IMG/VR virus record: IMGVR_UViG_3300023199_000204
Location: 1-64,000 of that record
Direction: 5' to 3' (one strand)
DNA length: 64,000 nucleotides
Of this stretch, positions 1-9,593 are shown piece by piece. How positions within the stretch are numbered: the first letter of the stretch is position 1; every line of letters starts with the position of its first letter. The notes below the pieces were generated by a model. That model saw nothing but the letters and a program-made list of their open reading frames with translations. It did no database searches and was not told the DNA's origin. Position numbers and translations under genes: made by a program.

Positions 1-1
1 G

Positions 2-1117
2 CGTGAACTAGTTAAAGAAGCTATGGGCGAAGATATGCTATCATTAGAAGACGATCTTGATTCTGATTTAGGAGATTCCGATTTAGGGGATTCTGATTTA
101 GGGGATTCTGATTTAGGGGATTCTGAAGATTTTGAAGCAGAGCTTGATAAACTAATGTCAGAGGTTAGGGAGTTAAGTGGTGATGTTGATTCATTAGAAG
201 CGGATGTTGATGGAATTAAAGAAATGGAAGAAAAAGAGCCGTGGCATGGAGATCTTCAGGTTGAAGAAGAAGCAAATGATATGTCTCTAGACCAAGAGCT
301 TGCGGCTATGTTAGCTGATGATGGAGACGAAGAAGATAAAGAAGAAGACGAAGAAGATGAGTCAGATGCCAACGATAGTTTAGTTTCTTCTGCTTCAAAG
401 CGTCGTGCTTGGAGAGAAAAAGTAGCGGCAGAATATCAGCTTAAACTAAATCCTCAAACTACTGCTGATACCGATATGCCTCTTGCTCAAAGTGCAAACT
501 TGGGTCAATTATCAACAAGCCCATCTGATGATGGAGCTAAAGTTGAGGGATTGGTGGAGATGCACGAGAAGTTCTTGAGAGAGATTAATAGTCTACCTCA
601 GGTTCGCGAAGCTGTTGAGAAGATTACTTCTTTGATTAAATCTGGAAAACTAAATATTGCTGATCTAGATAATTCTGAAAAACTCAAGGCACTTGCTGTT
701 GATCCAGCTGCTGCGAAATATTACAAAGATTATTTTGGTCAAGCGGATCCGAAAAGCAGTGAGTTTGCCAATGAGCTAGTAAAAGAATTTGGTAAAAAGA
801 AAGTAGAGGCTAGCCTTGATGAGCAGAGACTAAAAATGCGTCGTGCTTATGATGTAGCCATTGATATGCAGGAAAAGGGAATGATTCCTGACACTGTATC
901 TTCTTTACATCAACAAGTTGATGAGCTTATAAATTTTAATGATAGCCAATTTGAAAGTTTCAAAAAAGCTGTTCAACTTGCTGGAAGGCCAACCAAAGTA
1001 GCTACAGCATCTCTAAAGGTTCCAGCAATGGAAGTAGGAATCAATGAGGATGGAGTGGCAAATAACACAACTACAGCTCCTGTTAATCTAGCGGGACAAC
1101 TTAAAAGCCTATGGTAA
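2..1117 (+). CDS. Acidic capsid scaffolding/core-like protein, C-terminal part (frame open to the window edge)
   Basis: Frame is open from position 2. Very D/E-rich coiled-coil character, K-x-A sites, a segment (DGAKVEGLVEMHEK..P) resembling those in the 5559 and 9590 proteins, and a location upstream of the capsid genes. Confidence 0.55.
   Translation, partial: RELVKEAMGEDMLSLEDDLDSDLGDSDLGDSDLGDSDLGDSEDFEAELDKLMSEVRELSGDVDSLEADVDGIKEMEEKEPWHGDLQVEEEANDMSLDQELAAMLADDGDEEDKEEDEEDESDANDSLVSSASKRRAWREKVAAEYQLKLNPQTTADTDMPLAQSANLGQLSTSPSDDGAKVEGLVEMHEKFLREINSLPQVREAVEKITSLIKSGKLNIADLDNSEKLKALAVDPAAAKYYKDYFGQADPKSSEFANELVKEFGKKKVEASLDEQRLKMRRAYDVAIDMQEKGMIPDTVSSLHQQVDELINFNDSQFESFKKAVQLAGRPTKVATASLKVPAMEVGINEDGVANNTTTAPVNLAGQLKSLW
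59..127 (+). repeat. 15-bp coding tandem repeat (GATTCYGATTTAGGR) x4 plus a partial copy, encoding DSDLG
   Basis: Seen directly: units at 59, 74, 89, 104 and a partial unit at 119. Confidence 0.95.
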
Positions 1118-1120
1118 TAT

Positions 1121-1160
1121 TTTGGGGCCCTGGAAAAATGCTATAGGGCCCCAAATTTAT
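1121..1160 (+). terminator. GC-rich hairpin, probable intrinsic terminator
   Basis: TTTGGGGCCCT (1121-1131) pairs with AGGGCCCCAAA (1145-1155), just after the scaffold stop. The T tract is short. Confidence 0.65.
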
Positions 1161-1173
1161 ATCGGAGACCATA

Positions 1174-1347
1174 ATGAAACTTACAAAAAAAGAAATTAGA
1201 AGAGAAATATTAGATTTATCTTATCTTGGCCTTACAACAAATGATATAAGAGGCTATTTTGAGTTTTATAATTTTGAGATAGAAGAAGAGGAAGAAACTA
1301 AGTCTAAAACAAATAGACGATTAATTAATTCAAATAGAAAAAAATAA
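1174..1347 (+). CDS. Small hypothetical protein (57 aa, MKLTKKEIRREILDLSY...)
   Basis: Translated by hand; GGAG RBS upstream; below the ORF-track size cutoff. Confidence 0.55.
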   Translation: MKLTKKEIRREILDLSYLGLTTNDIRGYFEFYNFEIEEEEETKSKTNRRLINSNRKK

Positions 1348-1365
1348 TTCTGTGGAGGATTCACA

Positions 1366-1830
1366 ATGACAAGTCTAAAACCACAATATGTGGATGAAAT
1401 CGTAGCTTCTATGGCAGAAATGCTAGGGGACAAGGATTTTATGTCACTTCATAAAAAAGCAGCTTTGGAGAAAGTTGCCAAAAGTACTCAAGAATATCTA
1501 TCAGCATATCAGGCAGCACAATCGCTAAATGAGGTTGAAACAATTCATAATGAGGTTCAGGCAACTAGAGGGTCTAGATCTCAGCAAGAGGAAGAGGCTC
1601 TTCATAATGCTTATCAGAGTGCGAAATCTCGTTTCTCTCCTGGTGAGAAACCAGTTCCTATTATGAGTGATGATGGTCAAGCGGCTGATGACGGAAAAGA
1701 GAATGTAGCAGCTGACTTTGCTCTTAAAAATCTTTCTGAAGTAGCTGACGCACTTGATAGCAACGGTTTTGAACATCTTGCTAATTTTATTGATGAGGCA
1801 ATGACAAAAATAGCTTCAAAAAAAAAATAA
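1366..1830 (+). CDS. Putative internal head protein with LA..LD..G module; possible -1 frameshift extension to 2060
   Basis: GGAGG RBS; motif LSEVADALDSNGFEHLANFIDEAM; ends in an A10 run then TAA, with the -1 frame open to TAA at 2058-2060. Confidence 0.6.
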   Translation: MTSLKPQYVDEIVASMAEMLGDKDFMSLHKKAALEKVAKSTQEYLSAYQAAQSLNEVETIHNEVQATRGSRSQQEEEALHNAYQSAKSRFSPGEKPVPIMSDDGQAADDGKENVAADFALKNLSEVADALDSNGFEHLANFIDEAMTKIASKKK

Positions 1831-2072
1831 CAAAGTCTAAAGATGGCAAGCCTGGAAAATATAAAAACACAGGCGGTGCTCACCCACCACCCAAAAAGTG
1901 GTGGGACAAGATGTCTAAAGAGATTAAAAAAAATAATAAAGATTACTCTAAAGAGAGAATAAGAGAGACCGTGGGTGATATTTGGTATAATAAACTTAGT
2001 AATTCTAAGCGTTCTGAAATATATAAACGTCACGGAAAAAGCAAAAGCCCTAACAGGTAAGGGAGCATAACA

Positions 2073-2591
2073 GTGGTTCTTAAATATAGCGAAAAAAATA
2101 ACAATACTCTTGCTAATGCTATGGCAAGGGCTTTAAATGAAGATTTTGAAAAATTGGCAAAAACCAAATGTAAATGCGGCTGTTTTAACTGCTCTTGCGG
2201 CAAAGCCAAAAATAATGGAAAATGTCCTTGTAATTGTAAATCTTGTAAAAAAACAAAAGTGGCAGAGTTGGAAGATATATCTTATACTATTTTAAGATCA
2301 GCTGACTTATTAGACAAGGTTGGACACTATGATGCTGCTTTAAGTTTATCATATGCTTTAAAGAAATTGGCAGAGAATGGATGTAATTGCCCTGACTGTC
2401 CTGATGAAATTGAGGATATAGACTCAAAAGAAGATTTAGTATATGTAATAAGCAAGGCTTTATTTGATATTTCAGATACTTTAGATAAGCTTGGACACTT
2501 TGATGTTTCAGATAATGTTGATACTGCTCTTAAATCACTATCCGGAAAGAAATGTGATTGCGGGGGATCTTGTTGTAACGGCAACTCTTAA
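2073..2591 (+). CDS. Putative internal head protein with Cys-rich (metallothionein-like) segments and two LA..LD..G modules
   Basis: CxC/CxxC clusters alternate with SADLLDKVGHYDAA and ISDTLDKLGHFDVSDNVD. Confidence 0.55.
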   Translation: MVLKYSEKNNNTLANAMARALNEDFEKLAKTKCKCGCFNCSCGKAKNNGKCPCNCKSCKKTKVAELEDISYTILRSADLLDKVGHYDAALSLSYALKKLAENGCNCPDCPDEIEDIDSKEDLVYVISKALFDISDTLDKLGHFDVSDNVDTALKSLSGKKCDCGGSCCNGNS

Positions 2592-2602
2592 TAGGGGAGT
2601 TT

Positions 2603-3403
2603 ATGTCTAATATTAGCAAGTATATGGAAAATATAAAACTAGATGTTATTAAACTATATACTAAAGATAATTTAAGTTATAATGCTATAGCTAAAAAATT
2701 TAATGTAAGCCAACCCAGTATTAAAAAATATTTAATTAATTGGGGAGTTAAACAAAAACCAGTCTATGAACAAATGAGTTATGTATTACACGATAGACAA
2801 AAAGATGATAGGTGTTTTCCAAAAAATATTCTTAATTTATTAGAAGGTGGTTTGCTTGGTGATGGTGGAGTTTATAATACCAAACTTCAATCTTATTATC
2901 AGCACGGATGTATTAACAAAGATTATATAGATTTTTTAAAAACATATTTTAATAACAATGAAATTATAGCAAACATTTGCTCTATTGCCCCAAAAGGCAA
3001 AAGTGTTAAAAGATTTTATTGTCTAACAACCAGAAGTAGTTTATTTTTAAGGAATATTAGGAATAAGTGGTATAAAGGCAGTATTAAGATAGTTCCAGAA
3101 GATTTTGAATTATGTCCTTTATCATTAAAGCATTGGTGGATAGGTGATGGATATTTAAACCCTGATTGGGGATGGGCTACTATTGCTACGCAAAGTTTTA
3201 CAGAAAAAGAGAATATGTTTTTAAAAAATAAATTAAATAATATTACTGAACATTATATAACCTTACGTCCAAGTGGTAAAGCAGCTCCAGGTAAATTTCA
3301 TCTATATTTATCAAGAAAAGCAATAAATGATCTAATTAATTATATGGGAAGTTGTCCTGTAAAATCGTTTAAATACAAATGGAAGGTTAAAAATGGTATT
3401 TGA
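2603..3403 (+). CDS. LAGLIDADG homing endonuclease (N-terminal HTH plus two LAGLIDADG motifs)
   Basis: GGLLGDGG and HWWIGDGY motifs, ATQSFT..E; AT-rich. Confidence 0.85.
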   Translation: MSNISKYMENIKLDVIKLYTKDNLSYNAIAKKFNVSQPSIKKYLINWGVKQKPVYEQMSYVLHDRQKDDRCFPKNILNLLEGGLLGDGGVYNTKLQSYYQHGCINKDYIDFLKTYFNNNEIIANICSIAPKGKSVKRFYCLTTRSSLFLRNIRNKWYKGSIKIVPEDFELCPLSLKHWWIGDGYLNPDWGWATIATQSFTEKENMFLKNKLNNITEHYITLRPSGKAAPGKFHLYLSRKAINDLINYMGSCPVKSFKYKWKVKNGI

Positions 3404-4088
3404 AATAATACAATCAGGAAATGCTTTACCATTTTTCTATAAACTGGATCCAACTGCTACATTTGAATCAGGGCAAATTGGTCAGCTTAAGCTTATAGGA
3501 AATGATATAGTTGTAGGATTATCTGACGGAACAGCTCCTTTGGGTATTATTGATGATGTAAGAACTACAGCTTTTTCGCAACCTGTTGCCGATGAAGTTG
3601 TAATTATTCAGGGAATAGATATTACTACAGACGGCTATAATACTTACAACGGAAGAGATTCCATAGGTCCACTAGATAATTCCCCAGTTATTGGGTCAAG
3701 CTTTACTTCAGATTATCCAGATGTATCTTTAATCACAACCAATGGAAATTTAATTTTACCAGCCGGGGCAGAGCTTAATTATGATGCCGATGGAGATGGA
3801 ATAAAAGAATCTGTAAGAATGACAGTTAGTTATGTTTATCATGTGGCTGATTTACCTGGTGGAGATACTACATTAGGAAGTGGAAAAGTCACTATTTGGT
3901 TTCAAAGAGGAATTTTTGCTACGGATCAGTATGATACTACTGCCAAATATCCTTTAAACGCAGTATTATTTGTTAATTCTGAAGGAAAGCTTACCACAAG
4001 TCAAACCACTCCTGAACATCCAGGAGTTGCGATGGTTACAGGTCCTCCGGGAGCTACGATAAACACTTTAGAGTTCCTATGGCTATAA
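3393..4088 (+). CDS. Capsid decoration/cement-like protein 1
   Basis: Beta-rich; shares QSGN, SGKVT.W..G and GKLT with the gene directly upstream of the major capsid gene. Confidence 0.55.
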   Translation: MVFEIIQSGNALPFFYKLDPTATFESGQIGQLKLIGNDIVVGLSDGTAPLGIIDDVRTTAFSQPVADEVVIIQGIDITTDGYNTYNGRDSIGPLDNSPVIGSSFTSDYPDVSLITTNGNLILPAGAELNYDADGDGIKESVRMTVSYVYHVADLPGGDTTLGSGKVTIWFQRGIFATDQYDTTAKYPLNAVLFVNSEGKLTTSQTTPEHPGVAMVTGPPGATINTLEFLWL

Positions 4089-5152
4089 ATAATTATTCTT
4101 TAAATGCTAAAAGTCCAAAATGGACTAAAGAAGAAATTGAAAAATTAAAATCTGTTTATAGAGATTACACTTATAAAGATCTAAGTATTATTTTTGATAG
4201 AAGTGTAGAGGCAATTTCACAAAAACTTAGTAGTCTTGGTTATAGTAAATATAATAAATGGACTGAAGAGGAAATAAACTTACTTAAAAAAAAATATAAT
4301 ACAAGTTCTACTGAACAGCTTATAATATTGTTTCCTGCTCATACTTTAGGAAGTATTAATAAAAAGGCAGAAAAATATAATTTAAAACGTCAAAATATAA
4401 AAAGACCAAAATGGACAGATGATGAAATTGGCACCATCCAAATAATGTATGAAAAAGGGTTTTCAGTTTCAGAAATTTCAAAAAAAATTAATAGAAGTGA
4501 AATAGTAGTAAATATTGAAATTGGTTCTTATAAAGCAAAACTTAAGAAATGGACAGCACAAGAAGAAAAAATATTATTAGATAATTATAAAACTTTATCT
4601 TATAAAGAAATTTCAAATCTTCTATCTAACAAAAGTTTAAGTCAAGTTAAAAAGTATGGTAAAAAGCTTAATCTTAACAAAATTGATCCAAGAGGTGTTT
4701 GGACGGCTGAGGAAGAAAAACTTTTAATTGAAAAATATTCTATTTCAACTATAGAAGAGCTTATGAATATTTTTAAAAACAAAGCTAAGTCTCAAATATC
4801 TAAAAAAGCAAAGCATTTGAGATTAAGAAAAACTAAGAAGACATTATCTAGATGTTTTAGAACAAAAATAGATAATTATAATGATATAGTTAAAATTTAC
4901 ACTTCTTCGCGGCAACGTTGGCGTAAAATAGTTTTAAAAAGAGATAATTATACTTGTGTTGATTGTAATTTAAAAGACATTACTGGTTTAATATTACAAA
5001 TTCATCATATTATTCCTGTAAGAAGTTGTAGTAGTAAAGAACAGATTATAGATATTAAAAATGGTATTACTCTGTGTATAGATTGTCATAATAAAGTGAC
5101 AGGTAGAGAGTATAAATTTATAGAAAAGTATCAAAACTTAGTTGAGTTATAA
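4079..5152 (+). CDS. HNH endonuclease with N-terminal W-T-x-E-E (Myb/SANT-like) repeats
   Basis: Five WTxxE repeats; C-terminal RDNYTCVDC..HHIIP..NGITLCIDCH. Confidence 0.85.
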   Translation: MAINNYSLNAKSPKWTKEEIEKLKSVYRDYTYKDLSIIFDRSVEAISQKLSSLGYSKYNKWTEEEINLLKKKYNTSSTEQLIILFPAHTLGSINKKAEKYNLKRQNIKRPKWTDDEIGTIQIMYEKGFSVSEISKKINRSEIVVNIEIGSYKAKLKKWTAQEEKILLDNYKTLSYKEISNLLSNKSLSQVKKYGKKLNLNKIDPRGVWTAEEEKLLIEKYSISTIEELMNIFKNKAKSQISKKAKHLRLRKTKKTLSRCFRTKIDNYNDIVKIYTSSRQRWRKIVLKRDNYTCVDCNLKDITGLILQIHHIIPVRSCSSKEQIIDIKNGITLCIDCHNKVTGREYKFIEKYQNLVEL

Positions 5153-5167
5153 GCCTAGGAGGAATAA

Positions 5168-5569
5168 ATGTCTTTTTCAAAAGAAGATAAAGCTGCTTGG
5201 AACAACAGCGAAATAATGCAGGAGTTTGAAAAAATTGCTGCGGAAATGGAAATTTTTAATGGACCTCCTGAGGAGGCATATCTTCCAATCAAAAATGCTG
5301 ATGACGATTGGGAAGATGAAATTAATGATGATGTTGAAAACAAAAATATTGAAGCGGAAAATAAGAAAGAGGATTTTTTAAAAATAGCAGAATTTGAAAA
5401 AAACTTGCTAGAAAAAAAGAAAACAGTAGATGATAAATTAATCAATGATTTGCGAACCTTGTCCGAAAAATTAATTTCAAAAAGAAAAATTGAGGCAGCA
5501 TATAAAGTGGAGAGGGCCATTTTAGATATTGAGGCACATCTTCAGACGGAGGAAAATAATGACATTTAA
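5168..5569 (+). CDS. Putative internal head protein
   Basis: AGGAGG RBS; N-terminal W..SEIMQEFEKIAAE shared with the 5559 and 9590 proteins; degenerate helical module at the C-terminus. Confidence 0.55.
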   Translation: MSFSKEDKAAWNNSEIMQEFEKIAAEMEIFNGPPEEAYLPIKNADDDWEDEINDDVENKNIEAENKKEDFLKIAEFEKNLLEKKKTVDDKLINDLRTLSEKLISKRKIEAAYKVERAILDIEAHLQTEENNDI

Positions 5570-8500
5570 TTATAGTGGAACAAGTGTTATGGAAGAATTG
5601 GAGAAAATTGCTATAGAAAAAAAATGGCTAACTGTAGAGGCAGGTCCAGACGCAGGTTTAATTAAATCAATTCAGCAGCAAATGAATGAGTTGGTTGGAA
5701 GATTACATAAACCAATGCCTCCTCAATATAATGTATTTCCTCTTGATGTTGATGGTGTTTTTGGACCAAAATCGACAAAAGGTATTAGAGGAATTATGCT
5801 TGTTGCCCAAGATGCTGTTAAAAACACTCCTAATAGACATATGCCTCAACACAGAGAGTTAATTACTGGTATAAGTGAAATGAGCAGGGGGACTCCAGAC
5901 GCTCTTTTAACTGGTCTTAAATATTTAAATAAATATTTTTATGAGAATTGGGGAGAGAAAATTAAACAAAAGGAGCCTCAAATTAAACTTCCTGAATGGG
6001 CAAAAAATAAGCCAGCACCAGTGGGAGATGGAACTGATGAGCCAGACTGGGAGGCACCTGCCGATGATGAAAAAAAATCTTGTTTACATAGCGAAGAGTG
6101 TCCACCAGGTCAGCGTTGTTATCAAGGATATTGCGAAGAATATATGGAAGAAAGCCCAATTAAAGGGGCGTCAAATAAAACTAACTTGGAGAAAATTGCT
6201 ATGAATCCTCGCGAATGGTTTAACAGCTTAGACTACAACACTCAGAGCAGAGTGAGAAGAAAAGTATATGAATTAATGAAAGGAAGAGGTTTTGATCAGG
6301 AAGGGGCTCTTGGAATGGTAATGAGACAAATGAATCCTCCTGAACCAAAACAAAAGCCTCCTCTTAAACAAGAGTGGCCTGATACGCCTGATTTTAATCC
6401 AGATGATTTTTTACGAGAAGTGGAAAGGGGTGTTCAGGAACAATATCCTTCTTTTAAAATGACCTCTTCTGTTATAAACAGTTTGGTTTCTCTTGCCAAT
6501 GATTTAGATGATATGGGAGCAAAAGAGGCTTCTTTTTCTGTTGATAATCAAATTAAGATATATAAAGAAGCTCTTGATAAGCTTTATGATGTAACTGGAG
6601 AAACTGGAGAGCAACTTATTGAAAAAGCACATCCCGGCGGAGGTCCAACAATTGCTCCTTCAAAAGAAGAGGGTGGCAAAGTTGAGACAGTTGTTGAGGA
6701 GCAGAAAAAATCAATTGACAAGGCGACCAAAAAGCCAACTGGAAAATATGCTCAAACAGTGTCAAAACTAATTGCTTTGGCAAATAAGCTTGAAGATGAA
6801 GGGAATGTTAAAGCCGCATTACAAGTGGATGAGTCAATACGGGAAATGAGGGCCTTGCTCCCTTTTTCAAATAGGAGTTCAGTAATTGAGGCAGCTGGCT
6901 CCGAGGACAAAAAAGCCTCGGTTGTTAAGAAAGGTTTTAGTCTTACGGAGACATTGGAAACAGATATAAATGATTATGCTATAGTTCTTGGAATAATGTA
7001 TAAACTGAATCAAGAGCAAAGACCATTGTATTCAGGAGCTTATAAAAACCTTAAAAACCTTTTGTTGAAATATTTATCTAAAGCTAAATATTATGAAAAT
7101 TATTCAAAACAAAGTAATGCCAAAAACTATCACCAATTAATTATATACTATAATAATTTAGAACGGTTTACTAAAAAAATTGTTGATAATTCTGGGACTA
7201 TGTCAGATATGGGAATGTTTTCTATAAGATTAGCATCTCATTTAAGAAGTATTCAAGAAGGGTTAGTTTATCTTGGGAAAGCTATGGATTCATTTGATTA
7301 TACTACTTCACCAAAAAAAGCTCTTGAGCCTCTTTCTGGAAATTCAAGACAAAGGGCAATAAAATCTTATTTAAAAGATCTTAAAACACTAGAAAATTTA
7401 ATACAAACTCAAGATCCAGTAAAAGTTGGTAAAATTTTAAATGGCGGTCTCAAGGCTATAGACCAGCTAGAGAAATGGATTGAAAAAAGAAGATATAATC
7501 TTACAGTTACTGATGGAAACGATAGTTATATTGGTGATAAACTTGAATTGCCTCATATTACACAGTTAAGAAATTATATTTCTAAGTTACAGAAGGGTTT
7601 AGGAAAAACTTCTGGAATAAAGTTTTATAAATTTGTCAAAACTGCTCTTGATGGCGCACCACCAGTTGGCATTGGAGGCGGATCTGCCACTCCACGAAGA
7701 AGAACAAGAAGTGTTGTTAATAGGAAGCCAAAAGACCAACAAGTGGTTAAATTACAGAGGGCTCTTAAAAAAGCAAATTTTGATACTGGCAAAATAGATG
7801 GATATTGGGGAAAAAACACTGCTGCGGCTTTTAACGCAATGCTGGCAAAACTTGGGCAATCAAGGGGCAGAGCTTTCAAACAGTTTAGTGGTGATAAAAA
7901 ACCCAATCCAAAGGTTTTAAGATTTGGAATATATGCTGCCAATTTATATCAAAGAAAAGATATTCCAAAAGGAAGATTTTTTGTTCTTACTGATACTGGA
8001 GAAATAGATTTGCCATTATCTGCATTAAATAGTCCTTCTAGTTTTATTGGGGCTCTGGAACTAAATTCCGTTATAAGGAAAGATCTTTCGGCAGAGGAAA
8101 AGGTTAAAGCAGCCGAAAAAGTTTTAATATTTACTGCTAAGAAATTAAATCCTCCAGATAAAGCTCCATATGTTTTGGGCAGAGTTGAAGACTTAATGGA
8201 TCTAAGTTATATTGATAAAGCTAAAAATAATTTAAGGCTTTTGAATAAAGCATATGTTATGTTAAAACCGTTTGTCTTAAAAGTAAAAAACAAAGAAAAG
8301 GTTGATGAAAAATCTTTAAAACAGAATAAGTTAAAACCTTCTGTTAAAAGCCCTTCTGCTAAAAGAAGTGTTAAACAAAAATTAGAAAAAGCTATGTTAA
8401 AAATTATGCCTGAGCCTGGGCAACTAACAAGCCTTGAATCTTTTGAACGACTTGCTCAAGTAAATAATATGACTGCTAGAGAATATTATCCACTATTAAA

Positions 8501-8648
8501 AAGCAGAATTGTTGGTGTTATGAGATTTATGAAAAACAATAAATCACAGCTTGTTGCTGAGCTTGGTTCTGATGGATTTTTAGATAAGTGGTGGAAATTA
8601 GAAAGAGTAAGCCGTGATCTTGATAGGTTAAAAGCTGCTATCAGATAA
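5559..8648 (+). CDS. Large putative internal/ejection protein with two peptidoglycan-binding-like domains
   Basis: Start moved to ATG 5559 (GGAGG RBS). PG_binding_1-like segments IQQQMN..VDGVFGPKS and LQRAL..IDGYWGKNT; two LA..LD..G modules; a small CxxxxECPPGQRCxxGxC motif. Confidence 0.6.
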   Translation: MTFNYSGTSVMEELEKIAIEKKWLTVEAGPDAGLIKSIQQQMNELVGRLHKPMPPQYNVFPLDVDGVFGPKSTKGIRGIMLVAQDAVKNTPNRHMPQHRELITGISEMSRGTPDALLTGLKYLNKYFYENWGEKIKQKEPQIKLPEWAKNKPAPVGDGTDEPDWEAPADDEKKSCLHSEECPPGQRCYQGYCEEYMEESPIKGASNKTNLEKIAMNPREWFNSLDYNTQSRVRRKVYELMKGRGFDQEGALGMVMRQMNPPEPKQKPPLKQEWPDTPDFNPDDFLREVERGVQEQYPSFKMTSSVINSLVSLANDLDDMGAKEASFSVDNQIKIYKEALDKLYDVTGETGEQLIEKAHPGGGPTIAPSKEEGGKVETVVEEQKKSIDKATKKPTGKYAQTVSKLIALANKLEDEGNVKAALQVDESIREMRALLPFSNRSSVIEAAGSEDKKASVVKKGFSLTETLETDINDYAIVLGIMYKLNQEQRPLYSGAYKNLKNLLLKYLSKAKYYENYSKQSNAKNYHQLIIYYNNLERFTKKIVDNSGTMSDMGMFSIRLASHLRSIQEGLVYLGKAMDSFDYTTSPKKALEPLSGNSRQRAIKSYLKDLKTLENLIQTQDPVKVGKILNGGLKAIDQLEKWIEKRRYNLTVTDGNDSYIGDKLELPHITQLRNYISKLQKGLGKTSGIKFYKFVKTALDGAPPVGIGGGSATPRRRTRSVVNRKPKDQQVVKLQRALKKANFDTGKIDGYWGKNTAAAFNAMLAKLGQSRGRAFKQFSGDKKPNPKVLRFGIYAANLYQRKDIPKGRFFVLTDTGEIDLPLSALNSPSSFIGALELNSVIRKDLSAEEKVKAAEKVLIFTAKKLNPPDKAPYVLGRVEDLMDLSYIDKAKNNLRLLNKAYVMLKPFVLKVKNKEKVDEKSLKQNKLKPSVKSPSAKRSVKQKLEKAMLKIMPEPGQLTSLESFERLAQVNNMTAREYYPLLKSRIVGVMRFMKNNKSQLVAELGSDGFLDKWWKLERVSRDLDRLKAAIR

Positions 8649-8663
8649 AGGTGGGAGAATTTA

Positions 8664-9593
8664 ATGATGACACTTTCTCTACGAGAGGAACGACAACTGT
8701 TGCCACTGTTGGTTAAAGAAGCCGCCATACCTGAATTTCTTGGCGGCTTTTTAAAAACAATAAAAGATAAGACATCATTTCTGTCAAAACCTTTTGAGAG
8801 TTTTTTGGGAACAGTTGGAATTATTGTTGTTGGCAGAATAAGCAAAATTCTGGGATTTCTGGCTTTAATTGGCGAATATTACGGCTTTGGATTAAGTTCT
8901 ATTGGAAAAATGATAGATACTTCTTTAGGATTTAATACCGGGAAACCAAAAATATCTTTATCTGATATAAAAAAAACAGCAAAAGGTGTTATTGACACCA
9001 TTGCTAAAAAAATTGGTTTAAAAGAGGCGGAATTTAAAAACGAATATCTTTTATCAAAGCGGGCAGGGCTTGGAACATTTTTGGGACAAATTTTTAGAGC
9101 AAAGAGATTAAGTTTTGTTAGTATTTTATATGGTTTTATAAGAACATTTGTTAAAGGTTTAATTGCTGCTGGGCTTATTGGTGGTTTAGCTTCTATGACT
9201 GGTCAAAGACCAGCGCCTCCAGTGGGCGGGAAGTCAAAAAGTCTTACAGGGAAATTACAATACTATAAAAATGTTTCTAACAATGTTGAAGATACTTTAA
9301 TAAAATTCCTAAACGCAGAAATAGCAAACTTTTCAAGAGCCTTCGAAGCACAAAAGGGGAGACCATTAAAAGGCTCTTCTGAATTACAAAAAGTATTATA
9401 TAATATAGAAATATTAAATTATGGGAAAAATATTTCTGATTTAAATTTAAGAGATGCTTTTATTGGTCCAGATGTTAAAACTTTGGCAAAAAAGATTTTA
9501 CCAAAAGTTAATTATCAGCCTTTAGCTTCTTCTTCTTCTACAAAAAAAACAAAAGAACTTTTAAAACTTTTAAACGAGGTGAAAAAAAAATGA
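8664..9593 (+). CDS. Putative internal/ejection protein with hydrophobic Gly-rich helices
   Basis: KEAA, KEA and KRA sites; hydrophobic segments such as FLGTVGIIVVG..ILGFLALIG and GLIAAGLIGGLA. Confidence 0.5.
   Translation: MMTLSLREERQLLPLLVKEAAIPEFLGGFLKTIKDKTSFLSKPFESFLGTVGIIVVGRISKILGFLALIGEYYGFGLSSIGKMIDTSLGFNTGKPKISLSDIKKTAKGVIDTIAKKIGLKEAEFKNEYLLSKRAGLGTFLGQIFRAKRLSFVSILYGFIRTFVKGLIAAGLIGGLASMTGQRPAPPVGGKSKSLTGKLQYYKNVSNNVEDTLIKFLNAEIANFSRAFEAQKGRPLKGSSELQKVLYNIEILNYGKNISDLNLRDAFIGPDVKTLAKKILPKVNYQPLASSSSTKKTKELLKLLNEVKKK

Noticed and set aside
59-127. CRISPR-like array
   Set aside because: These are contiguous coding 15-mers without spacers. No CRISPR array, tRNA or rRNA was recognised in the window.
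6078-6135. Cys knot motif as evidence for a myxobacterial host
   Set aside because: A single short motif is too weak, and the host cannot be inferred from this window.
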